A stretch of DNA of 33,980 nucleotides from Catajapyx aquilonaris. Lineage: Eukaryota. Where the stretch lies: the NCBI GenBank assembly GCA_000934665.2, contig KZ539082.1, forward strand, positions 1 through 33,980, written 5' to 3'. The translations under genes and the position numbers were made by a program. The notes under the pieces are model-generated. The model was not told the DNA's origin and searched no databases. It was given only the letters and a program-made list of their open reading frames with translations. How positions within the stretch are numbered: the first letter of the stretch is position 1; each line of letters opens with the position of its first letter. Positions 1 through 12,400 of the stretch are shown here, piece by piece.

Positions 1-67
1 GTCATGACTTGAAACCCCCGTTTTCCCATTTAAATCTTGCGTCAAAGTTCAAAAATTGTGTGCGATG

Positions 68-496
68 TGTGGGGTGTAACATATGGAATTGCTCTGTCGC
101 TTTGGAGGATGATATATAGGAATCGTGGGTCTCCGCAACATAGTTACGGAGAACGGAGATAATGTGCTTCAAACAAAAGGTATAAAAAATCTTGGCAGGT
201 ATGCGTCACTCCACACGACCTTACCTTTTTCATTTAAATTTAAGGTGTTACCATGTAATTTAATTTTAATTTACGATCATATTAGGTGTAGCAGGGAATG
301 ACCTAGGCGATGGAAGTATCGTAAGCAGTATTCGAAACCTAAATAAGCTGGTATAATGCACTTTTTATTTAATGCTAATTATCTCGGTACCGGTAACTAT
401 GCGGCGGAGACCCATGTTTCATATACTCACAGTGATCGCCTAGAAGCCCTTTATCATTTCCCAAAGCGACGGTAGGTCAAATTTCCGCACCCTGTA
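68..496. mobile_element. Tc1/mariner-like MITE (degenerate, palindromic)
   Basis: Inverted repeats are visible: gtcgctttgg (96-105) with ccaaagcgac (461-470), and tgggtctccgcaacatagttacgg...gagataat (126-163) with attatctc...cggtaactatgcggcggagaccca (378-414). The right end reads caccctg|TA (488-496), i.e. a CAGGGTG terminus plus TA as in Tc1/mariner elements. The left terminus (about 68) is decayed. Confidence 0.55.
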
Positions 497-699
497 TATT
501 ATGCAAGCAACAAACACAACATAATAGACCATAAATGTCAATATAATACAAAAATATAGAGATGTAGTAATTAAATGATGTTAACTGTAGCAACTAGGTA
601 CTGCTTGTGCTCTTGGGAAAAGAATGACTTACAATGCATCTGTGCTACATGAAAACATTCATGCGTGTATCAGTTTTTATAAATATTTCCAAAATTATT

Positions 700-2030
700 A
701 TTAAGATAAATATATGATGAGAGATCTCGTAAGCTATCTCAGTTAAAAATAATATTATTAAAAAGGTCGATCCCAGGGTCATTAAAAGGGAAATATATTG
801 TGACAATGACAGCAATATTAATGCTCGTTTGGTATCAAAATTTGTTAAATAGCGCTTACAACTACTACTTTTAAAGTTGTAAATCGTGCACCACTTTGTA
901 CTTGACACTCACGTACCTGAAAGGTTATTAAGAACATGCAAGCATAAGAAACGCGTAATTTTGCACTGTAGTTCAAAGACCCCCTTGGGGGATAGAAAAA
1001 TCCAGGCAAAAAGCTCTTCCAAAAGAGTAGATCTAAATGCCCCAAATTGGACTCATCATCTAACATTCTAACCTGACCAGTAGCCCGAATTTTCATGCAC
1101 GCACGTTTAAAGCATCATGTGCAAAACGCAGCCAGTGCTGATGAGGGTTATTGACCTACCCCCGGTGCGCAGGTTAGTAAGACCATGATATGACCAGTGC
1201 GTGCCATATTGATTAGCCTGAAACGTTCCCCCCTCCCCATCACCCCCCCTCCCTCTTTTTGCTATATATAACTTACATCACAACTCAGAATGTACTGTAC
1301 ATCGGACATTTAGCAGTTCCCACGACTCCCCAAAAGTCAGCAAAAGACGGACATGACTTTGTCGCCCTCCCCTATCCTCCCTCATAATATCCGAGCAGGC
1401 TTTACATTAGTGTCTTCAACTTGGCAAAACCAATATTGAAGTTGGCAGGGCACAGAGACGAGCCAAAGCAGCCCCCCTTACCAAAGTACCCTCTCCGTTC
1501 ATTCCCCTCTTGTCTTTGCACTTCTATCACGCACAGAGTTGCAGATATATATAATACTCCACCGTCCCCCCCCCCCNNNNNNNNNNNNNNNNNNNNNNNN
1601 NNNNNNNNNNNNNNNNNNNNNNNNNNNNNNNNNNNNNNNNNNNNNNNNNNNNNNNNNNNNNNNNNNNNNNNNNNNNNNNNNNNNNNNNNNNNNNNNNNNN
1701 NNNNNNNNNNNNNNNNNNNNNNNNNNNNNNNNNNNNNNNNNNNNNNNNNNNNNNNNNNNNNNNNNNNNNNNNNNNNNNNNNNNNNNNNNNNNNNNNNNNN
1801 NNNNNNNNNNNNNNNNNNNNNNNNNNNNNNNNNNNNNNNNNNNNNNNNNNNNNNNNNNGGGGGGGGGGGGGGGCAATGGAGTATTCTGAACCTGCGTGTA
1901 TGTGCTTGAATATCAATCGTGATGATAAGTCAATCCTGGTTTGACTGCACGATATGTCCTTCATTTTTGCCGAAATTATTGTGGCGTAATGATAATATTT
2001 TTGTCCTAGTTTTTTTGGAATGGTTTGCAA
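700..2030 (-). mobile_element. Decayed L1/Tx1-like LINE ORF2 C-terminal fragment (spans gap)
   Basis: Minus-strand translations appear in L1/Tx1 order: TIPKKLGQKYYHYATIISAKMK...IDLSSR (resembles KYLG...N...KI...LS..GR), WLRFAHDALNVRA*KFG...C (zf-RVT-like), ESNLGHLDLLFW, TKRALILL. Stops and frameshifts occur throughout. Confidence 0.4.
1577..1858. other. Assembly gap flanked by poly-C (1566-1576) and poly-G (1859-1873)
   Basis: Run of N directly visible. Confidence 0.99.
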
Positions 2031-3399
2031 AATTTAATGTAGGCCTACGTGGTTGGTAAGGATTTTTCATATACGGTAATGTGCTCGAAATTTCAGATTA
2101 CGAAATGCTTTATTGGACAAGCAAATATTTCCACATGTAACATGCCACGTGGGAATACCATATACAAATGCCAATAATATATAATATAGTCGCAATCATA
2201 ATAAACATACTGTACGTGATTAAAATGTGTTGACATCAAAGGGCATTTAAATTAATCAATTCGGCCAATATGGATTTTAATGCAGTAAATGAATGAGATA
2301 CGCCATACAGTACATCACAGAGGGTAGCGTGAGTACAAACGCTCTACATATAGTATACTGCATATATTTCAAAGCATTGTTATGGGTACACATAGCGGTT
2401 TCACAAACTTCTCGTACTTGAGTTATTTGCAAGGCTACACACCGTGATATTACAGCCTGAAATTTGAATTCGCATTTCTTGACCGCAGACATCCCTTTGT
2501 GCAAACAAACAAAAAACACTCACCCGTAGATTGCCCACAACCGAATTTTTGTGCACCTCAAGAAAAGAATGAAAGAAAACCATTAAAGTCTCCAGCTATT
2601 GTTGTTGTTTCGATTCCTTGGGTGGCGCCTACTTCAGCGTCCTATAACAAAAAAGAAAAAGAAATCGACAAAGCAACACTGCTTTGGAGGAGTCACCGAA
2701 GCGAACTGGGCGATAAAGCACTGTCAACGTCACCAGTGGTGGAAATTTCAAAAAAAAAAAAAGTGGAAATCGATTCAAAAGGTCACGACAATAAGCGAAG
2801 GGGGGAGGGGGGGGGAGAAGTCTGCACGGAATTTATTATTGTGCTCATCATTCTCCAGGCTTTTGTCCACGTGGAACTAATTTAAGCTCTCGATACTCTC
2901 AGAGCTGTTAGGTGCAATATCTCTCTCGTTGTTCGGGTGCATCCGAGCATACCCAAAACCCGGCTGAGCGGAAGAAGGCATCTGAATCACTTCCGGTGTG
3001 CACAACCTTCCAACTCACGCCAGGGTATAGCCTTTGTGGAAAATTCTAAGTGTGCGCAACAATGGAGGGTATACGCCCATGCACGGTGCTTTCTAGGAAT
3101 ATGTACCGTAATATTCGCTTGAAGTTTCTATGGGAATAAGGCTGACTTTTTCTTGCTTTATGATTATGACAATCGTGCCTGATGCGATAACAAGTGTCGT
3201 ATTTGTTTCAGTTTATAGCTTAATATAAATTATGGTAATATTACAGTCATAAAATAAAGCATGTAGTTTGTAGCTGCTCACATTGAATTATAATTTTGCA
3301 GATAATTTCTGAGCAGTACTGTATATGAGCACAAATATTGTGAATGAGGCTACCTTAGCTATGTCCTGTAAGAACGTATTTTGAACCTTCCTGTTACAT

Positions 3400-4470
3400 G
3401 CTCGACTCTAAACATAACCATTTGTCTCGCAAATCCTTAGCTTGAACGAAAATTTTGCTTGGCAATTTTGGAAGATTTTGGCCACGTAAGCCACCAAAGA
3501 TTGCTGGTAAGAATGATGAACTGCCTAAAGCCTCTTGGCAACCCTCAAGATTATAGACCGAAAGATTGCCGTCAACTTGCATGTTATTTTCAGGGATCCA
3601 GTAATGGCTTGGTCCAAAACAAGAGTCTTGTCAAGAATATTTTTTCTTCCTTGTTCTTGTCTCAACGGGGATGAATCATCAACGTTATCATTTTGTTGCA
3701 TTATGCCAACAATTTGAGTGACACATTTATATTTTCAAACAGGTTATTACTTATTACAGTATAAAAATTATTGCCATATCTTCGTCATTGGTTGCATCTA
3801 TTTCGTATATGTAACACCTGCAGGAAGCAGGTTGTGTGTAGTCCTCATAAATTAACTGAAATTAGACGTTGGTATTTTATCAACGCCATGTAGTGCGGCA
3901 ATTTATAGGCGACATGTCCAACGTTCGATGTAAACGTCAATGCGGATATTGTTTTTGGCCCACACAAGGTACATTTGATAAATGTCGCACTAGCGGTGCC
4001 GTCAATAACAAAACTGTGTGGTACTTGCTAGCACGCCATTTGTGCAATTTTACGTGTCATGTCAGCAGGTTGTGTACCCATTTTCAGATTAATTTCTTAC
4101 AAATCCCTAGGGCATTTCCCACCGTCAAACCGTTGGTACCGTCATCCACTACATGACTTTGATAAAACGCCAGGATTGCCTGAGGGCCAAAAATAGTGTA
4201 AAGTTGCTCCACACTTTGTGAAACTTGGGAGATAAAAAAGAGAACTTCCGAGAGACATGTCAGTGAAGTATCCTGTTACAGTACGTTGGTTTGGGTTGAG
4301 GTGAGATGAAAGGTATGTCTTTAGGCAATGTCCTTGGCCCAGTCGGCAAAAGTCCGGCCCCGACGCTTTGGAATGTTCGATCGTGATTCACACCGTTGCA
4401 CGGTCAGATTTCTTCAGAAGAAGGAGTGCCAGTAATTGCTGATGATGGCTATTCTGCGAAACTCGCGCCA
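3400..4470 (-). mobile_element. Possible internally deleted Gypsy-like element remnant (PBS-like site, gag knuckle, integrase tail)
   Basis: The minus strand begins TGGCGCGAG (4470-4462, PBS-like). It then gives KCTLCG...NVGHVAYK (degenerate CCHC-like) and SCFGPSHYWIPENNMQVDGNLSVY (resembles the integrase C-terminal FG..KWIPG....G.LSY). Very degenerate. Confidence 0.3.
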
Positions 4471-5379
4471 GGTGCAATGACTGTGTGAACTCACCTCATG
4501 GGGATGGGGATAGTTGGGTGAGAAAGAAAAAAAATGAAAATAATCGTGACCAGAAATTTTCATGAATCTGCATGAATTTGAGGTGGATATTGCTGGGAAA
4601 ATTACAGGGCTTTCAGTGCTCTTTCCTTTTGATGGCTGGCTATTTTCAGGTTTGCGGCTTTAAAAAAAATAATGCAGTAGGCTTTGAAAATAAAGACATG
4701 GACACCGTAACTAAGCAAATGAGCAAAACGAAGTTTATTTTAAAAATTTATTCGCGTTGTGTTTTCCGTATGAGCATAAACTGGAAGTGAATATTTCACA
4801 GTTCGTGCCCTCAAAATGGTGTTGCATGTTTTCCTGAGCATTCAACTGAAAATATATGCAGTAGCTATTTTAACAAAACGAATTCAAGTACATCCTCAGT
4901 AAAATATGCATAATATGGCAGCAACTATGATTTATTATTATACTGCACATCACACATGCAAGGTGCTGCTGCATCATCCCACAAAGACAAAAAAAACGTC
5001 CTTGGCTATACTGATAATTTTGGCAAAAATCTTACCAACACGCAAAAAAAACACATTTCACGCATGTAAAATATACCCACACCGGTATGCTATATCACCC
5101 TCAAGGTACAAAAAAAAATACAGAAGCCCCCCCCCCCCGCCCCCCCCCAAAAAAACAGGCTTTGGCTAATGCCTTGGATGCTGAGATGGCTCTTTGGGGA
5201 CGAAGAGGGGAAATTCTTGCGCAGGTGGTCCCAATGAGGCCATTCAGTCATAACTCTGTTGTTCGGTAGGCGTAATATTTTGTCTCCTCCCCTACATTCC
5301 CCCCTCCACACGTTGCTTATACTACACCTTGAAACTTTAATCCAAGCCCAGGAAGGCTGAATAGCCTTCCCACTCAGCA

Positions 5380-6045
5380 GGTGTGGGCCGGCACATTGTC
5401 ACTAATGCATCGGAGCCAAGTCCGGAACTTTATCTGCGACGGGGGTGGTTTGCAGGCAAACTTAATGGAAGATAATTAATTTTAGATGAAGCTCTTCCCT
5501 CTCCCCACCCCCTCCTGCCCCCAGGCTTCTAGTCCTCAAGGGAGGATAGTCCCCGAGTTTACAAAATGCATAAAGAGACCGGGGAAGGCTAGGGTAGAGG
5601 GTGTTGTTGTTGACACTGCTACAGGGAGGCTGGGGTATAGAGTGTGTGCCCGTTTGGTTTGGGTCAGGTTTCTCATCTGTGAATCTGGTTGGCCTCAGAC
5701 AACACTTTTGCAGTGTGCACTGCTCCGGTTTCTGTTTGTACGGACTTTCCATACCATCCCTCACATCAGAGGCCACCCTCTACTCAACACCCGAGTGTGG
5801 AAGCAAACATGGAGGCTCGACACTTTTATCGGCTGCGGCCTGAATGAGGAGCAGGTCTAGTCAGGAACAGACACTTCCGAATCAACACCAGTTACAGCGT
5901 ACAACAATGTGTGGCATGTCCAGAAAAGAGGGCATGTACACACAAAATGGAGACACACTTGAGGCACATAACTGACTCACACAAACGCTTCAGCCAATAT
6001 GTGATATGACACTGATGACTGTTTGAATTGTGATATTACATACAG
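5380..6045 (+). mobile_element. Decayed piggyBac-like transposase C-terminal half
   Basis: Motif-like pieces in the expected order: VWAGTLSLMH (W.D...MLST.H), IKRP...VVVDTATGRLGYRVCARLVW (KP...GGVD..DQ...Y...R...W), RNRHF...QCVAC...MET, then P.C...DC...HT across frameshifts (Cys-rich C-terminal domain). The catalytic motifs are eroded. Confidence 0.45.
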
Positions 6046-6140
6046 AAATCAATCGGGTTTGAATCACACAACAAAACATGTCGTCCCCCAGTAGCTTTTC
6101 CAGCTCCAAAGTGGTCAGAAATGTTGAACCTGTTGTTGTT

Positions 6141-6721
6141 CAGCGGTTCCTAAAGTGGGTTCCGCGGAAGGATCATCAGGGTTCCGCGAGTCAGTTAACT
6201 CTGCATAAACTTACATTTTCATATTTGAATATGCAGCGTGCGAATCCAGAGTTTTTTTTAATTTGAAGTCATCATATTGTGTGATCAACTTAGAAACAGT
6301 TATTAAACATTACTAGATATTTGTTTTGCATGTTAACAATATATTACTAGTTAAATTTTCATTTGGTGTTGGGGTTCCGCCCAATAATAGTGATTCGTTA
6401 ACCATGGAACCGTGCCGTGCCTGAAAGTTACGGCAACCGTGCCGTGGGGTCTTTTAGGACCCCACGCCATATTTTAATTTTTATAAATTTTTATATAATA
6501 CTTTTCAATGTATTGACTATTTGACTATATACAATCATTATTTGAACAATGCCTAAAATGATCGCTAATTCAAAATAAACATGCACTTCCTGTTAAGTTA
6601 TATACTGTAAAAAATTGGCAAAAGTTCATTGCAATTATCATTTTAATGCATTTTAATTCCTTGGGGTCCAAAAAGACCCCACGGCACGGTTCCAGGGTTA
6701 AGGGTTCCGCGACTCAAAAAG
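6141..6721 (+). mobile_element. hAT/Charlie-like MITE (right end truncated), host of a piggyBac MITE
   Basis: Starts CAGCGGTTCCTAAAGTGGGTTCCGCGG, a hAT-like CAGYGGTTCCCAAAGTG terminus. The subterminal motif GGGTTCCGC recurs near 6157, 6179, 6372 and 6702, and the element ends gggttccgcgactcaaaaag. No right TIR or 8-bp TSD was recognised. Confidence 0.6.
6402..6697. mobile_element. piggyBac-type MITE, 296 bp, TTAA TSD
   Basis: TTAA at 6398-6401 and 6698-6701. The 18-bp TIRs ccatggaaccgtgccgtg and cacggcacggttccaggg differ by one mismatch. The left end has a second internal copy, aaccgtgccgtggggtcttttaggacccca (6436-6464), which pairs with tggggtccaaaaagaccccacggcacggtt (6662-6691). The interior is AT-rich and non-coding. 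Confidence 0.9.
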
Positions 6722-7249
6722 TAGTTCACAGTTTTCTCGCCAGTGCAGTGGCTCTTCCGCCGATTTTAACACCTTCAGCATTTCAGGTACCATTATTCAT
6801 TCTGGACCGTCCTTTTTAGTGTCAGATTCAATGCATTAATAGACATGATCAAAATGCAAATAAATATTTTTTGGGGGGTGGGCTTATAAGCTCGGGGCAA
6901 GCGCCGGATTTTCCTGAATAGCAGCAGCAGACTCAGTCGCCGGATCTGCATTCGTGCGAAATTTAGCTGGGCACCCCCTCCATCTCTCCCCACGAAAGGT
7001 CATAAATTACAACCCAGTTGGCACTTTTGAGTGATACCACTCGCGTTGTGCCGACAGCTCGTGCAGTGATTTTGTTCTATTAGCTTTTTTTTTAGCAGCA
7101 CAAATCACTGACACGGTGCCAGGAAGGGAGGGAAGCGGACTTGTCATGCAGATTGTGCAAGTCAGTCGGAAGTGTGGGAGTAGACATTCGAACAGTACTG
7201 TATACGAAATAGATCTAGAGGCATCGATCAGCTTTGTATCATAAAGCTG

Positions 7250-7900
7250 GACAAGGCAAAAAGGGGAGAAGGTGCTAGGGGGGAAAACGGCTTCACAAAA
7301 GTACCAAGTTGAAGCCTATCAACTTTGCCATGAATGGACCCCAGAGTGTTTCCATGGGCTTTTTCCAGCGCCTTTCTTCCACCCCGGCCCTCCCTGGTTC
7401 AAAGATTTGCATAATCCCTTCCTGAATTGCAAATAAAAATGATGTGTGTTTGTTTTGACTCGGTGTGTTTGTGCACCTTGCTCCTAGAGCCGGGGGTGTT
7501 CAGAAAGTTAATGTATAGGCGAGTAAGGAATACATGGCTGCGCTACCACTGATTCGCAGCGTATTCAAAAACAATATCATGGTTTGTATAATGACTTGGG
7601 GGTGTTGTTTTATGCTGGCCGATTTTGATTCCCGGAGGTTCATCCTAGGCAAATGAAATTGGGGGAATATTTGAATGCAGTTTTTGCTGGAAAAGTCACG
7701 TGGGACTTTAATCGTATATCTTACAGTCAAAATGACGATGTGATGAGGTGGGAGAGAAAAATACGTGACACACACGTCCCTTATGGGGATCTTAATTGAA
7801 GCGAGTAATTCATCACGTTTTTGCCCCACCCGCACGGTCCCATACTTAGAGGTGTCGACGTAGGACAATGTACCAGCCCTGAATAAATTTAAATATAATA
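7250..7900 (+). mobile_element. Possible decayed L1-like ORF2 C-terminal fragment
   Basis: VMRWERKI, then RVIHHVFAPPARSHT*RCRR, resembling the vertebrate L1 pattern WE.DL...K.LHR.Y.TP.RL...C.RC. Weak. Confidence 0.3.
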
Positions 7901-8012
7901 TCCAATGCATTATGACTGATTCTGACAGTATGTTATTTTTAGTGGTGTTAGAAGAAAAATGTATTTGGGTGTTTAATTCAAAGTTATGTTACGAAAAATA
8001 TTACCAGTGTCA

Positions 8013-8220
8013 AGGACAGCATGGGGTGTGTTGCTTTGGCCCACAGCTATCACAACTCTCAGGTCCTGAGTTCAATTCCCTTGATCGCTGGAGGAGATAC
8101 ATTGTTTGTTTGTCCAGGTTTAGGTATAGTGGAAGTTCGATGGATTACCCCCGGTATATCTCCAGAATGCTTGAGTATGACTGATTTCTCCTGAGTTTTC
8201 TTTCACCCTCACAAGATCCA
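8013..8220 (+). mobile_element. tRNA-derived SINE-like copy (degenerate)
   Basis: ggacagcatgg...aggtcctgagttcaattccc contains a B-box-like GTTCAATTCC. It shares gcatgg and aggtcctga with the copies at about 19680 and 21554. Confidence 0.45.
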
Positions 8221-10149
8221 TGAGATGACAAAGCCTGATGTTTGAAAAGACCATGCGTACCCTCAAAAGCCACATAGTCGTGTCATTGGATATTATTTTA
8301 ATAAACCATGCCAGATATTAGCAGCGAAATTGCAACATGTTCACCTGGTACACGCGGTATGTACTGGATGTAATTTTCCAATTATATTTTCATATGTTTG
8401 GAAATTCCCTGCGGGTAATGAAAGTATTCGCTATATTAATTCGTTCGCTACTGGGAATATCATCTACCTCCTCGATAAAATTCATCACACAAATTCCAGG
8501 CTAAGGTATTTGTGGTATTTAATTATATAATAACCTCTTTGTCATGGGTACGTAGGATAACAGTGAGCATTGATTACCCGTCCAAATAGTGTGCAGTAAT
8601 TTTTTGAATTGCATACAAAATTGTACGTAATGCTTTACTCTGGCATTAAGTTTTTTTACTAGTCCCTACGCCAATATAGGAATCGAATGTTCAGCCCTCG
8701 TACTACCAACAAACTTTTGACCTGATCGATCTTCGATACCGTGTATCACTATAGTGCTTTTTTGCGCTATAAACGCCAGGCCCATTCACAACGCTGATCT
8801 TCCTGGCAAATTTATTTTGCAAACAGTCTTCATTTAATGGGGCTTTCCTCGAGATGAGAATGCGACGTTGCGAAAATAGAAGCCCCCTTGAGGCGTACCT
8901 ACTCTCTTACTACGTTGCACAATAAATTGAGTGTAAAATTTATGCGTCCCCTTTAAAGTCGTCTTGAATCAAAGTGATGAAAGCAGCTTTAGAAGACAGC
9001 TTTTGGCTGCCGGTTGTATTCAGCAGCTCGCTCGTTTCACCTGTGGATTTTCAGGACTTTGCGACGAGGTTTTGTGCGCTCCATAGAGCCAACATTCATC
9101 ATTGTACAAGTAGATATACTGGATTGGGCCTGCAGTTACATTTCTCTCTATTTTTGCTCCCTTTGTCACTTCTAATTACCTGAGTGGAAATGACAATGGA
9201 AACCCTCTGCATAGGCTGCCATATCCAAGAACATTGCGTTTGTTATCGTAATTGTATAATTGCACGTTTATTATAACTGATGACGCGTTCCATATGTTAA
9301 TAAACAACGGAGAGCATTTAATTTTTGTGTTGAAGATGAGTTTTAAGCCTGTGAAATAACGTGCGTTTTCCAATGAGATATAGCGTTATAATCATAACAG
9401 GATATTATTGTTAAATGGTTGTCAAACCTTTAGTGAAATATTTCACGAGTTGTCAGGGTAATGGTACGTCGCGCATGACGGGTGTACTGTATTATGAAAC
9501 GGCTCTTTCCACATTTTTGTCACGGTTGAGTGGCATGAGATAATTGGTGTACCGCACAACAATTAATTTTTAGGTATTCATCTGCTGGTGCGACAAGGAA
9601 GGAAGTATACCGAGTGATCTAACAACATGCACTTCCTTGTTTCATTTGGGGAAGTTACTAGCATGCAATGTTTTAGTAACACTTTTACTAACGATATAGG
9701 TGTATTTCTAAAGTACACTATATGCCTACTAAATATTATTTGAAAAGCTGTGGTAAATTTTTAATAAGTACAATTATTGTGTTTAACTTGTTTTCTGTTG
9801 TGTTTTGATAGCAGTTTGTTACTGCTGCATAACGGGAAAGGAGGGACAACGAACCGTTATTTCCCTGTACAAAAAAGACACTTTAGTAATCAGTGACACA
9901 CAGAGAAATTGTTCACTTACCCAAAAAAGTCCAAAGCGAACATAACAAGTTTTGAAAGAGCAGCGACGATATCAGTCATAATTACAATGCATTTGCCATG
10001 GTTTCATTATTCACTCCGATGGGACAAAATGGCACTTTTTTATCCCCTTTTATTCCACGTATTTATAGGAATGACAAGTTTTAGAGTGTAGCGTTAGCAT
10101 GTAGTGTAGAGTGTGTCCTCGGGATTGAATTGTTTCGCATGTCAATAAA

Positions 10150-12400
10150 TCGTAGCCGGCATCCAACTGACAAGTTGGGAATGGGCACCACTTTTTCCCG
10201 GCACGCTTGCCCCAACAACTCTTCAAACAACGTTTGAAATCCGCAAATGGACCGTATCATTTCATCTGGCTGCAGAGTTTTGGGGTAGCGTATGGCTGCG
10301 TAGATACGTCGCCCGGGATGCGTAATAATAATGCACCATGCCTATAAATTCCGCTTTAAAAAGCGATTGGGAGCAGTAGGCAGGCGAGGAATTCTCCCTC
10401 ATCATGGCTCCAAATTATTTTCCTGAAGTGAACAATAGCCAACCCCCCTGCATATCCAACATCCACTCTATGAAAATGAACTGTATTTGACCCACCCCTG
10501 TTCCCATCACCCCCTCACCCGTCATATAGGTAGTGCGGTGAAAAGTTTTTCCCCCTATGTGCCTGTAACACAGTGTGGGCAATGAAATGAGCGCTCTGAA
10601 TCCGAGCCCATCAGGTAGTGGGGTGGATGGAGAGGGTTGACAATCCTGCATTTGATTTCATTATATTCTACCAGTTTCACCCCCTACCCACATGTGCTAG
10701 TCGACAGCTGCTATAGCCAATTTGTAAAATATTCATAGTCATGTCCACTTTGGGATGAGCGTTTGCAATTAGCAAGCTTGCGAGTCAAGAGCTGAACCCC
10801 ACCCCTCCAATCTATTGCAAGATGCAGAATGGAACTGGAGAGCATTTAGATGCGGGGGATTCTACTCCCCCGCCCAGCACGGTATCTCATTAGTCCATTG
10901 TGCATTTTCACTTGATTTCTATTGGAGCGGGAGAATAGTTAATGGCAGTAGGGTCTGGGTCTGGGAGTTCAATGAGATGCCGGTCTTTATCCCCAAGTCA
11001 TTACGCTTGATACAGGGTGGCCGCCAAGTCGCGGCCTCTCATCTACATTTCTGCGAAATAGTCCGAGTAATGTTGGAGCTATTTATGCAAGAGTTGTATT
11101 TGCTTAGATGCGAGATGCACCATCTGTGAGCTGAGGTTGTGCCACGTGTGTGGCATCTGCGAGTAGTTTCTGTCATCTGGTAAACCCCTTGCTATCTGTA
11201 ACAAAGTCCGTAATAAATTACTGGAATTAATTTTCCTCAGTTCTTTAACCCCTCCTAATGCCACACAATCACGCAATCATTGTCATTCCCCTGTGAAATA
11301 TTGTGACTGGATTAAAATTGTTGCACAGGGCACGATTTTGCCTTTCTCTCAGTAACTCATTGCATGCATGTACTTTTAGTAACTGCGGTATCATACGTTT
11401 AGTACTTTACTGATTGCTCCCTAGTAGTAGGCTTGAAAGGTGACACAATGGACTCTTGTTGTAACAATATCAAATGATGCGTCCTTTCACTTAGTCCATA
11501 ATAGGGGGGAAGCCCACTTTTCAAGACCATAAGTCACCTTGTAGCAGCCAGCGTCAATGTGCAAAAAGGCCAAGCCAGTACGTGTAATGCGTTTAAAAAA
11601 TACGACGCACTCTCCCCTAGCAATATTCCGCCCCATTTGCGTGTCATACCCCGGAACGTGGGTGTTACATCCAAGTCTCACATATTTCCCAATTAACCCA
11701 GGACCCAAAGTAATCCAGCATGCACCGTGGGTGTCACCAGGCTCCTCTTTTGCAGCCAGGTTTTCCCATCAACATCCGTAATCCGAGAGGACTACGTAGT
11801 GATTTAGCATGCGGATTGTAGAGCTTAGTGTTTTCATTCGGGGGCGGACCATAATTTCATCAAATGGACTTAGCCACGCTCAAATGTACCTTTGGTTAAC
11901 CCTAACCTGGAACTTGTGCTTTGAGCTCAGGGTATTGCATGATTTTCCAACCCAACCCCCTATTGTATTTCATGTGCAACAAAGGGGCGTCTATAGAGTA
12001 GCTCCAGATTATATCGATTCCATCCTAGGTTCAGGCTTACTGCACGTGCACATATGAGGCTTAAATGAGCATTCAAAATTGCATTAACTGGGTATACCTG
12101 CAGGACGAAGCTCACCTTCTGGAACTGTGTAATCGTTTAGGCCCAACTGGGCAAGGTTAAGTCATGGCGGCTGGCGCAAGTTCTAGCCTGAATCAATGGG
12201 GGTGAAAGGGTGGGATTGGGGGGGTAGAAACCGGCATATTGTGCTCAGGAAAAAAACGTTCGTTTGAGGTTTCTGGAAACACGATAAACCCATTAAAGCG
12301 CTGCTCCGTTACCGGGCCTCGTTCCTATATTCTCCGTAGATTTTGTAGATCGTGTCTGGTGCATTCCCTCGGTACGTTTACCGCCTGTGTGAGCACTGAG
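10150..12400 (-). mobile_element. Decayed Ty3/Gypsy pol (RT - RNase H - integrase)
   Basis: Minus strand in Gypsy domain order: QFQKVSFVLQVYPV (QF..MPFGL.NAP), DGIDIIWSYSIDAPLLHM (DDI.I.S.S.EEHL.HL), KSLRSPLGL (LRSFLG), VVFFKR...GLEKWASPLLWTK (RNase H), AHPKVDMTMNILQIGY...C..CQ (HHCC). Many stops and frameshifts. Confidence 0.65.

Noticed and set aside
1421..2030. Long ORFs spanning the first gap (likewise 22657-23055)
   Set aside because: Their length is an artefact of N runs.
2521..2553. cacccgtaga...accgaatttttgtg resembles miR-10/99/100 family mature sequences
   Set aside because: An insertion of about 9 nt splits it, and I found no complementary star arm nearby.
4439..4470. CTGATGA...GAAA hammerhead ribozyme-like core
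   Set aside because: No convincing stem II and no stems I or III.
5905..5985. C2H2 zinc-finger-like peptide CVAC...H..H as a host gene exon
   Set aside because: It lacks the conserved hydrophobic residues and linker. Its context fits a piggyBac Cys-rich tail better.
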